Source: Felis catus (lineage: Eukaryota). From it: a DNA stretch of 64,000 nt. The notes under the pieces are model-generated. The model was not told the DNA's origin and did not search any database. It saw only the letters and a list, made by a program, of their open reading frames with translations. Below, one piece after another: positions 53,906 through 64,000 of this stretch. The first letter of the stretch is position 1. Every line of letters begins with the position of its first letter. The DNA lies in NCBI RefSeq assembly GCF_018350175.1, contig NC_058369.1, positions 15,378,001-15,442,000 of the forward strand, given 5' to 3'. A program made the translations under genes and the position numbers.

Positions 53906-54203
53906 AAGAAAGATCTCGTGGGCCCCTGAGAACACGTCCTCCGCACATGGAGAAATGCCAGCTTGAGGAACTGGAGGTTTAGCCTATGCAGTATCATTCC
54001 ACTTTGATCGCTGCAGAAAAGAAATTTCATTTTGGTAATTGGCGAAATGGTTTCAGATTGTCGTTGAAATGAAAACTCAGAGTTTAAAATGTTTACAAAC
54101 AGGACTCCCTGCGGGTCTACCCAACTTGAGCACCTCGGGCTCGGGGCACCGGGCCGTGTGACAGACCTCCTGTGGAGGCCTGCATTCTGTGTCCATGTGA
54201 TCT

Positions 54204-54432
54204 TTTTTTTTTTTTTTAATTTTTTTTTTCAACGTTTATTTATTTTTGGGACAGAGAGAGACAGAGCATGAACGGGGGAGGGGCAGAGAGAGAGGGAGAC
54301 ACAGAATTGGAAACAGGCTCCAGGCTCTGAGCCATCAGCCCAGAGCCTGACGCGGGGCTCGAACTCACGGACCGCAAGATCGTGACCTGGCTGAAGTCGG
54401 ACGCTTAACCGACTGCGCCACCCAGGCGCCCC
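54204..54432 (-). mobile_element. Young feline CAN-SINE
   Basis: TSD ctgtgtccRtgtgatctt. Confidence 0.95.
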
Positions 54433-54644
54433 TGTGTCCGTGTGATCTTGACTGGCGCCCCGGCCAGAAATGGGAGCTGAGCACCATGCAGTGTAATTCA
54501 GCGTGATTCGGTCCGGCTCGAGTTCTCGGTGCCCACGGCATGCAGGGCCGTGCCCAACACTAGGGATACTGAGCCCAGGGGCACCGCCTTCTCTCCATGC
54601 AGCGTGGCGCCCACGAGGGACGGTCTAGGGGGCACACAAATGCC

Positions 54645-54651
54645 ACACACA

Positions 54652-54685
<34 letters not shown>
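54645..54685. repeat. (CA)n microsatellite
   Basis: About 20 units, one interruption. Confidence 0.93.
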
Positions 54686-54687
<2 letters not shown>

Positions 54688-54719
54688 GAGTTTCTGGAGA
54701 CTCAAGGTTAACACGTGGA

Positions 54720-55020
54720 GCTTGGGAGCGAGACTCTCCTGCCCGTAAGTCTCCGTCTTACAAGATACTTCCATAAGCCTCAGTTTCCTCAACGGCGAAG
54801 TGGGGGCCACACAGTGGCTGCTCTGTCTAGTTGTTGAAAGAATTAGATCGGATGACGCCAGGAGACGCTTAGCTTGCTTCTGGACACACTAGTGACAAAA
54901 CCCACTAACAAGCAGTGAGCACCGACTACGGGCCAGGCACTGCCCGAAGAACTTTCGAGATCCTGACTCATTTACCCCCACACAGCTGCCCTGGAGCGGG
55001 CCCCGTTTTACCCATGTCAC
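54720..55020. mobile_element. MIR fragments
   Basis: agcctcagtttcctca...gaattagatcggatga; ggccaggcactg...ccccgttttac. Confidence 0.6.
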
Positions 55021-56556
55021 ATACATGACTAAATGACAGGCTCCTGCCGGTCCTGCTTGCTAGGTGCTCGTGTCGGGATCACCGCTTCGCACAGTCAGGG
55101 CATTGACGGAAGGGGACGTGGGACCTTGGCCGTAAAGAGGAGCAGCATTACCCTAGTGCAGAAGACGATGCCTGCTCGGCAGAAGCAAAGGGGGGAGCGC
55201 CCTCGGGGACATTGGGACGGTGAGCCACAGAGGGGGGCTAGAGCACAGGCACAAGCAGGGCATCAGGGCTGGGGGCTGGCAGGGGGCTGACGGGGGGGAG
55301 AGAAGATCCATGGGGTCATCCCGACTCCACTTGTGGGGCGGGGCCTCAGGCAGGTGGCTTCCCCTCTTGTGCCTCGGCTTTCCCATCCATACAATGGGCA
55401 CGCAGTGGTCCTGCATGTACCTTACGAGGCTGCAGGAGGATAAGCAGGTTTGCTCGGGTGGATTGCGTAGCCCAGCACCTGGCACAGAGCGAGAGCTCGG
55501 TCGGTGGGGGCTTTCCTTGTTTTTCGCTGTGGCGGGGCTGCCTCCGTGTCGGTGAGCAGCCGCGGGTGGGGCGAGGGCAGTGCTCATGGTTTCCAGCTTT
55601 TCAGTTGGAAAAGTCCAAGAGAACAATGCCGAGGCCCCGGCCCAAGGCTGTGGGTAATGGGGGTGGGGGGGGGCAGTGGCAAAGATGGAAGGGCAGAAGC
55701 TTGTGAAGCCACCAGAGACCAAAAGATTCTTCTAAAGTCAAAGAGAGCTTCTTCCCCTTTGGGCCCCTGAAGGCCAAGTCCGGGGGCATCTGTTGTCCAT
55801 TTAACTGGTGCCTCATGCCAGGAGGTGGAGCATGATAGAGACCCACCCACCGCGAAGGGACTGCCCTTGCTAGGGCGACTCAGGGGAGTCCCAGGGCTCC
55901 AGAAGCCATGAGAGGGTGCCTGGGGCCGTGTGGGAAGGCCTGCTGGGTTCAGGGGAACGATTCAGCTCCCCGGACAGGCCTCACCAGAGGGGCCAGCCCC
56001 CAGGTCCCCAGGGAAGCCCTGGGTCTGGAAGTAGGGTCGTTGTGCCGAGCACATCCCACACCGGCCCCTTCCATCGTGGCCGGGAGTAAGGAGGTGTAAG
56101 GCTTAGTGAGCTGGTCCCTTCGGACAGGTGATCTTCCTCAACAGTCCGGAAGATTCCATCCTTAAAGAAGAGAAAACTGAAGGTCCCACGGCTTGTGAGT
56201 CCAGGCCTGAGAATCAAGCCTGAGTCTGTCTGCGCAAAAGCACTCACTCTCTCGCTTGCCCCGGGCCCCTCTTCCCTGGGTAAGATCCGGAAGCAGAAGC
56301 TGGAGCTGTGTGACTCATTACCAAGTTCTGAGAAGGCCGTGTCCGGGGCCCCCAGGACTTCACGGGGGGCACGGCTTTGGTGTGACAGGGTGGGAGGTCT
56401 CAGTCAAAGCAAGCACAGGGTGGTGGAAGAAGGTAGCTCCCGATGGCTTAGAAACAAGAAGGCGGGTGGTGGGGGGCACAGTCCTTTGAGCAGCAGCCCT
56501 AGCTCTGCCGTTTTAGGACACCAAAACCCTGCGTCCAGGAGACTCACGCTTTTTCA

Positions 56557-56759
56557 TTTTACTTTTATTTTTTAAGTTTATTTGTTTTGAGAGAAAGAGA
56601 GCGAGCGGGGGAGGGGCAGAGAGAGAGAGAATTCCAAGCAGGTGCCACACTGTCGGCACGGAGCCCGACGTAGAGCTCCAGCTCTTCGAAACACGAGATC
56701 ACGACCGGAGCTGAAATCCAGAGGCGGACGCTTAACCCGGCTGAGCCACCCCCAACCCC
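56557..56759 (-). mobile_element. CAN-SINE (older)
   Basis: Flanked by gagactcacRcttttt. Confidence 0.88.
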
Positions 56760-56781
56760 GAGACTCACACTTTTTAGTTGT

Positions 56782-56994
56782 TCTTTTTTAATGTTTATTT
56801 ATTTTTGAGATGCTGAGAGACAGAGCATGAGTGGGGGAGGGGCAGAGAGAGAGAGGGAGACACGGAATCCGAAGCAGGTTCCAGGCTCTGAGCTGTCAGC
56901 ACAGAGCCCAATGGGGGGCTCGATCCCACGGACCGCGAGATCATGACCTGAGCCGAAGTCGGACGCTCAACCGACTGAGCCACCCAGGCGCCCC
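56782..56994 (-). mobile_element. CAN-SINE
   Basis: Flanked by agactcacacttttt. Confidence 0.92.
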
Positions 56995-57029
56995 TAGACT
57001 CACACTTTTTTAAAAGAGCCACGTTTTTT

Positions 57030-57270
57030 TAATTAATTATTTGTTCGTTTATTTATTTATTTTTAAGTTTATTTCTTTTGAGAGAGACAGAGACACTGCG
57101 AGTGGCGGGGGGAAGGGCGGCGAGAGAATCCCAAGCAGGCTCCGTGCTGCGTGCAGGGCCCAATGCTGGCCTCGAACTCACAAACCTCGAGGTTATGACC
57201 TGAGCCGAAACCAAGAGTTGGACGCTCAACCGACTGAGCCACTGGATGGAACCAATCCCAGGCACCCCCC
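57030..57270 (-). mobile_element. CAN-SINE (older)
   Basis: SINE body with a small insertion near the head. Confidence 0.85.
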
Positions 57271-57795
57271 CAAAAAAGAACCATATTTTAGAACATTTCA
57301 GGACGTACTATTTTACCATATTTGGCTCCCGCGCAGTGATACAGGGTGATGCAACCAAGAAAAATGCCACCAAGTTCTACATAAATCTGAAAAAAATGAG
57401 GCAGGTGATTAGGGACACCTGATAGGCTTTGGTCGAAACTTCAGAGACTATTCCTGGTAACTTTTCATAATACAGTGACTGCATTTTCCTGGTAAAAAAA
57501 AAAACCAGGAGCATCAGTGAAAGAAGTGTTGAGTGTTCTTACGGGACCAGTGGGCTTGGGGATTTGAAGCATGGCTGTTGAGAAGCCACCAGGGCCGTGA
57601 GAGCACTTTCCCCCGTGCCCACATCAGTTCATACTTGCTGTGAAGTTTGTCCGTATTGAAAAATCCTCAGTGAATACCCACCGACGTCTGCAACTGTACT
57701 GGCCCCTTCTCGGCAAGGAGAGTTAAAGTGATGTGGGCCCAGGTTCCCGGTCGCCGTGCCCGGGCGCCCCCTTTGCACAGGAGCCAGGCCCGTGA

Positions 57796-58281
<486 letters not shown>

Positions 58282-59335
58282 CGGCAGGGAGGAGGAAGGG
58301 GGAGGGGTAGGGGGGCGCTGGCCCAGGGTGGGGAAACGACGGATGTCTTGAACGCTCACCCTCGTCCTCTGACGGACGGGTATGGGTGGTGAGCCTCTGT
58401 GGCGGGGCCTGGTGCAGGGGTGGGGACGGGTGTGGGCAGAGCAGAAGGACTCTCGAAGGCGGAGGGGTGGGGCAGCCCCTGCAGGTGGAGGAAGCCATCT
58501 GACCCCGCACGAAGCCACCAGAGGTACGGCCGGGTGTTTGCAGGAAGGCGAGAAGAGAAGTGAGAATGCACGTGTGCCTCTCGAGCAGCCTGGGAGCTTC
58601 TGACCCCCAGAAACTGCACGGCCTTCGACACACCCCGGGAACGGGAGGGCGAACTGAGGACCCACGCACGGCATTTGGGTCGTGTCCAAATGCCCAGATT
58701 GTGGCATGGACGCTGCGGTCTTCAGAAGCCGCTAGGAACCAGAAGGCAAGCGGGGCGGGTCCCTCTACAGGTGTCCCCGCCTCCTGGGGTGAAGCACCAC
58801 TTCCTACCCTCTCTCGGGGTGTGACATTTGCTGTGCAGTGAGGCAGGACCACGCCGGGTGGGACCTCAGATGGAAGCAATCGCAGGGCCGACCGCAGCCC
58901 CGCGCGGTGTCTGCTCATGTGGGCCCCAGATGCCGCCACCGCCGTCGATGTGGCCCCTGGAGCCCATCGTGAGAAGCGCGAGCTCGCCGCGGAGGAGTGG
59001 CCCAGAGCCACCGGGTGTTGCCTTCTTGTTCAGGCCGCCACCGTCTGGCAGCCGGGGAGGCGGCTGGGGACGGACCCCTATCGTTGGTGTCATTCGGATA
59101 ACCGGGTCCTATGTGATGTCAGCAATTGGGTGCTCTGAGCAGAAGCGGCCAAAGCCACTGATTAACATTTAATGGGGAAGTGGAGGAGAATCTCGCCATT
59201 TTGTGATGCTGAAAATCTGTATTTGTTTTCTGATGCCATTTTTCTGAGGTAACCTCAGATGAGGTAGCCTGCAGTTGAACAGCTAACAGATGACTTTTTT
59301 TTTAACGTAATAAAATGTTTGTCATGTGCGACTTT
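58282..59335 (+). other. LARS2: LARS2 3'UTR (end inferred)
   Basis: Runs from the stop codon to ~20 nt past the first downstream AATAAA. Confidence 0.7.
59309..59314 (+). terminator. Polyadenylation signal AATAAA
   Basis: First AATAAA after the stop; upstream TGTA (59218) and T-run, downstream GT-rich sequence. Confidence 0.75.
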
Positions 59336-59534
59336 GGGACATATGTGTGATCTTGGAATAGCCACCACATTCCAGTTCTAGGAGTTAATCAGGAACAGAC
59401 TGAGGTATTCTATCATCGTCGGAAGCCTTGGCCGTATGCCTGACTCCACATGGAAAGTTCTAAAGTGAGGTACGTGTAGGACTTACAGACATGGGAGACA
59501 ACACTGATTCAGAGATACGAGTAACAGCCGTTTA

Positions 59535-59912
59535 GTTACTGATTCTTGAATGTGGCTCAACTGAATACCGTTTCTGGTCCCCGTTAAATCAGAAATTCTG
59601 ATTTAAGTGGTCTAAGGTGCACTTGGGCATCAGGGAATCTTAGAAGCTGCACGGGTGATTCTTTTTTATTTTATTTTTTTAGTGTTTATTTATTTTTGAG
59701 ACAGAGAGAGAGAGCAGGGGAGGGACAGAAAGAGAGGGAGACACAGAATCAGGCTCCAGGCTCTGAGATATCAGCAGAGAGCCCGATGCGGGGCTCGAAC
59801 TCATGAACCACGAGATCATGACCTGAACCGAAGTCGGAGGCTTAACAGACTGAGCCACCCAGGTGCTTCTGCACGGGTGATTCTAATGGACAGCAAAGCC
59901 TGGGAACCGCTG
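59535..59912. mobile_element. MER5-like relic split by a SINE
   Basis: cagaaattctgatttaagtgg...gtgattctaatggacagc...tgggaaccgctg. Confidence 0.6.
59663..59868 (-). mobile_element. CAN-SINE with 16-bp TSD
   Basis: ctgcacgggtgattct at 59647 and 59869. Confidence 0.93.
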
Positions 59913-60996
59913 GATTAAGTCGGTGGATTTGAACCGTAATATTTAACTAGTTCCTCCTCTCCCTATCTTCAGCTTCGCTGGGATGAGTTTGGTGTAGGAC
60001 CAAAACATCTGGAGGAGGACAGCTGGGAAAGAAGGGGAAGCAGGGGCCAGAACTCTCCAGCAGGTACTTGAGATGTTCCCGGAGCTGACTTGGGTAGACA
60101 CAGCCCCATTCCACAGACTAGCACCTGTGGGTTAAATATAAGCGAGTGGATGAAGATATTTATTTGATCCAGGGAGGGAGGGAGGAGTGAGTGGTTTTGG
60201 TTGGTTGTCCTCTTTGGCCCCAAAGTGAGCTGAGTGGCCTTGAACGACAAGATACGGGTAGTGGGGGAAGGTCCTTTATCTGCACATAATCTGGCCAGAG
60301 CAATGGGCCATTAAAGCCTCAGGGCTGCTGCACTAACCACTGTGGCTTTGGAGAACTTTTTCTCCAAGAGGATAAATCTTTTGAAAACAAGAGCTCCGTT
60401 GGTACTCCTTGAGATGGTTGGTATAGAGGAAGAAAGGAACGAAAGGCCAATCCCTGGGGGTAGGGAGGAGGGGTGGGGAAGCCTCTCAGGGCTCTCTTAA
60501 CTGCCTCGATGCAGGGACAGGTAGTGGCTGACTGTCCGAGAGCACGGTGTGGGGTCCACGGGGCTGGAGGCAGAAGTTGTTGCCAAGCCAGTGGGAGATC
60601 CAGGCTCACGGGGCGATGGCAGGGTTTTATCTGTCAGGGGGCGGAGTGAAGAGAGTTTGCCCACAAGGAAAGCGGTGCCGGGAAGCCCCACGGCAGGTGC
60701 CACTACGGTAGGCGCCTAGGTTTGCCAAGGAAAACGAAATTGATCTCGGAGACCCTAAAGCAACAGATGAGCCGAGAAACGACTTAGACATGCTTCGTCC
60801 CAACCTAAGTACACCCCCCCACCCGGAGCTGGTTAAGGAAAATTGGGTGCAGCCGGAGACAAAGCATGGTTTATAAAAGGACGTAAGGCCAAGGATGTTT
60901 CTAAAAAACATGTACGATGAAATTTTTCTCACGAATAAATCAGTATACTTCCGCGGTGTGATCCTGACCGTGATGTTTTTAAATTCCCACCCTTAC

Positions 60997-61221
60997 GGGG
61001 CGCCTGGGTGGCACAGTCGGTTAAGCGTCCGACTTCAGCCAGGTCACGATCTCGCGGTCTGTGAGTTCAAGCCCCGCGTCAGGCTCTGGGCTGATGGCTC
61101 AGAGCCTGGAGCCTGTTTCCGATTCTGTGTCTCCCTCTCTCTCTGCCCCTCCCCCGTTCATGCTCTGTCTCTCTCTGTCCCCAAAATAAACGTTGAAAAA
61201 AAAAAATTAAAAAAAAAAAAA
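60997..61221 (+). mobile_element. Young feline CAN-SINE with 16-bp TSD
   Basis: aaattcccacccttac at 60981 and 61220. Confidence 0.95.
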
Positions 61222-61729
61222 ATTCCCACCCTTACAAAGACCGAAGGAAATTTGCCCACAAATCACTGGCTGAAGAGTCCTACACGTAATTTTTTTCCTT
61301 GTTTCCTTTTTTTTTTTTTTTTTTTTTGCATTTTCTAACTTGTATTGGCTGTGGGGTTTTTCATTAATGGGGGGGGGGGATATCAAAATGGACAATTTTT
61401 GAAGATCCGGATGAGCTAAAGGCCTACCCCCCACCCCTTGATTTTTCTTTCTTTTCTTTCCTCCTCTCACAGTATCTAGTTGCCACTGGGGAGCACCCCA
61501 GTTAGGAAGACATTGGCCCTTTGTCGTGTGATGTGGAATCCAAAGCAAAAAGCAGCCCCCGTAAGGTTGCTGTTTGTAGTCAGTCACTCCGCGTGGGCAG
61601 GTGTGGGAAGCTCCTTCTCGTCTCGCAGACTGAGGACAAAAGAACAGAAGGTAACCTTCCCTTCACGGAACTCTCCTGTTCTCGGCGGATGAACTGCTGT
61701 GGCAGCCGAGGGCGTGGGCTCCGGAGCCA

Positions 61730-61930
61730 GCCAGACCAAGGTTCTGGGACTGTGTGTCCCAGCGACCAGGTCACCTGCCACCTCAGTGATCTAGGCAAGC
61801 CATGGGAATGTCTCTGAGCCTTTGTTTCTTCAACTATAAAACAGGGGTAAAAATAATGCCTTGGGGTATGAGGACAAAGGGAGATTGTGTAAAGCACGCG
61901 GCACATAATAAGCTCTCAATAAATGAGAGC
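61730..61930 (+). mobile_element. MIR
   Basis: gtgatctaggcaagcc...tctctgagcct...ggcacataataagctctcaataaatg. Confidence 0.75.
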
Positions 61931-64000
61931 GGCTTGTTATGAGTAATCTTGCCCGACTAAGAATAGGCTCATGGTCTAGAATGGGATTATCTTTGGTCAG
62001 AAAAAAAGGGAACATTTAGAAAAAATAGGCAAGCCAGGCCTGTTGAGGAAAAAGGTTGAAGCAGTAAACTTGGAGGAATTTTAATCCTGTTGGCAGAATC
62101 AGCCTTTTATATGGTATTTTCACCTCGTGTCCGGAAACCTTAGTGTTACCTGCTTCCCTGATCCCATGCATGCTGGTTAGTTTCTTGGAGCTCCACCTGG
62201 GTGACAGTGATACCTCTTTGGGGCTGGACACCCCCTTTTCCTTAAGAGGTAGCTCAGGCCACAGTCTGATGAGGGTCCGGGAAGCTCCCAACCTTCTTCG
62301 GGCCCCACTGTGGCCATCCGCTTCTGTCCCAAGGCACACAGTGACATGGCAAGGAACGGAGCAAGGGACAAAAAGCCAAGAGCTGGAGACCGTACACGGG
62401 AGCCTCGCTTCAGCCCTTAGATCAAGTCTGATTTGGGCGGCGCGGCAGGTTACGAGCGGCCTCTGCAACTTTTCCTCGATAGTAGTTATTGGAAGGGGAG
62501 CCTGTGACTTGCTAGGGGCGACCTCTTGACTCACTGGAGCAGCCGTCTTTCTTACTGAGTCAGCTTCCTTGGTTTGGGGTTTACTGATCGGTGGCCTGAG
62601 GCTGCCGGGAGCAATGGCCCAGTGGTGTCAGATGGAGGAGGTCTGGGGCCACGTGGAGAAGTCCACCAGAGACCGTGGCAGGCCTTCCGTGGCCTAGGGG
62701 GCCTCTTGGCAGGCCAGCACTCAGACGAGATGGCCTCCAGACCAAAAGCTGGGCATCAGAAGTTTTCATTTACAGGCGGTTTGGCTCCTGAACTGAGTCG
62801 CAGAGGAGTTATGAGGCCACCAGGGCCCACAGACAGGCCACAGCGCGCAGCTGGCCTCCAACACTCCTGCTGGGCCAGCGTTGGCCACCACGGACCAAGG
62901 CCGAGTTAGGGCATGGCTCCCGCACCGGCTGTCCCCCTCAGCCTATCTCCTCCTGGGAGCGAAGGCAAGGGGCAGCCACGGCTACAGGGCTGTGCCCCAA
63001 ACACCACTCCGGGGGCTTTGCGGGTGCTCTGGAATTCGGAATTCCCACCTGGGAGCCACGGTGTGGACATAATAACCCACATCCTATAAATAAGAAGCCT
63101 AGAAAGGCACAGTGAACTACCTAAGTCGTACCCACTAGGGACTGTTAGAGCCGGAGTCAGCCCCACATCTGCCTTTCTGTTCCCAGCTCACGCTCTCTCC
63201 ACAGACCAACCTGCCTGCCTGGGAGGCAGGAAGGGGGATGTCTTGGGAGGAGGTACAGCTCGTTCCTGCTCTGTCTATCCGGAGAATTCTGAACCGGAGC
63301 TCTTGCTCCCGCAGACTTGTCCTTCCTTGCACAAGGGGCTGGGCTTTTGTGCCTGAATCTGTCCGTCACTGGCTGCGGGTCACTTCTGGGGGCTGTGTGT
63401 TGGTGGGAGGGGGATGCTAAATAACTTCCTGGGCACGTGGGGGGGGGGGGGGCTCCCGTCAGCTCAGGGAAATCTCTGGAGAAGGGCACAGCTGAGCAGC
63501 CCGCCAGCCTGGAAGAGGACTCACCAGGGTGGAGCACCCAAGGGGACCACCACGAGGAGAGGGGGCAACCGTCCAGGCCTGAGAAGCAGCGAGTCTGTGG
63601 GTGAGGACAGGCTCTAGACAGCAGCCGGCCTCACACAAGAGGAGTGGAATGCGGGCTGGAGTCTGAACAAGCCCAGCGGCCTCTGACCCGCCTGGTGCCA
63701 GCGTGCCAAGCGGCTCGGGGCAGTGCTGCCGGCCTCAAGGCCGAGGAGAAGACCAACCGGAAGGCGTTATCGTCCCCCTTCCGCTGATGACAAAACTGTG
63801 GCTCCAACAGGCCGGGACTTGTTTGAGGCCGTGACCGTGAGCAGTGAAGACTCCGATCTGTGCCCATTCCGCTCAGAGCGCCCGCCCCTCCCTCGTAGGA
63901 CTAGCCTGACGCTTCTGGCAGCCAGTCCAGCGCAGGACGTAAATCGTCCCCATGGACGAGCCCCACCGCGCCCTAGAAGGTCAAGGGACGGCGCAGGGTA

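Noticed and set aside
56539..57011. CRISPR-like array
   Set aside because: Eukaryotic DNA; the repeats are TSDs, the spacers are SINEs, and there are no cas genes
59340..64000. A second gene downstream of LARS2
   Set aside because: No recognisable protein, exon chain or clear CpG-island promoter seen

Overview
Mammalian genomic DNA from a carnivore, most likely a felid, judged from about 49 tRNA-Lys-derived CAN-SINEs of the feline type and carnivore L1 fragments. The window holds the 3' half of LARS2 (mitochondrial leucyl-tRNA synthetase) on the + strand. Ten GT-AG coding exons splice in frame to 1473 nt (490 codons plus stop) and correspond to human exons 13-22. They include the CxxC pairs, [15 protein letters not shown] and KMSKS motifs. 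A ~1 kb 3'UTR with AATAAA at 59309 follows, then ~4.6 kb of intergenic DNA. Introns are filled with SINEs, L1/L2/MIR, hAT DNA transposon relics, nested LTRs and simple repeats. I see no firm evidence for a new biological system. The most interesting leads are all hypotheses: a UGA-CGG stop followed by a predicted stem (possible readthrough), microsatellite-built decoy acceptors and a possible poison exon, a datable triple-nested SINE/twin-primed L1/SINE insertion, repeated same-site SINE insertions, an antisense solo-LTR promoter and near-identical inverted SINE pairs. Exon coordinates were read base by base. Repeat boundaries are approximate, and family names come from recalled consensus similarity, not from a search.
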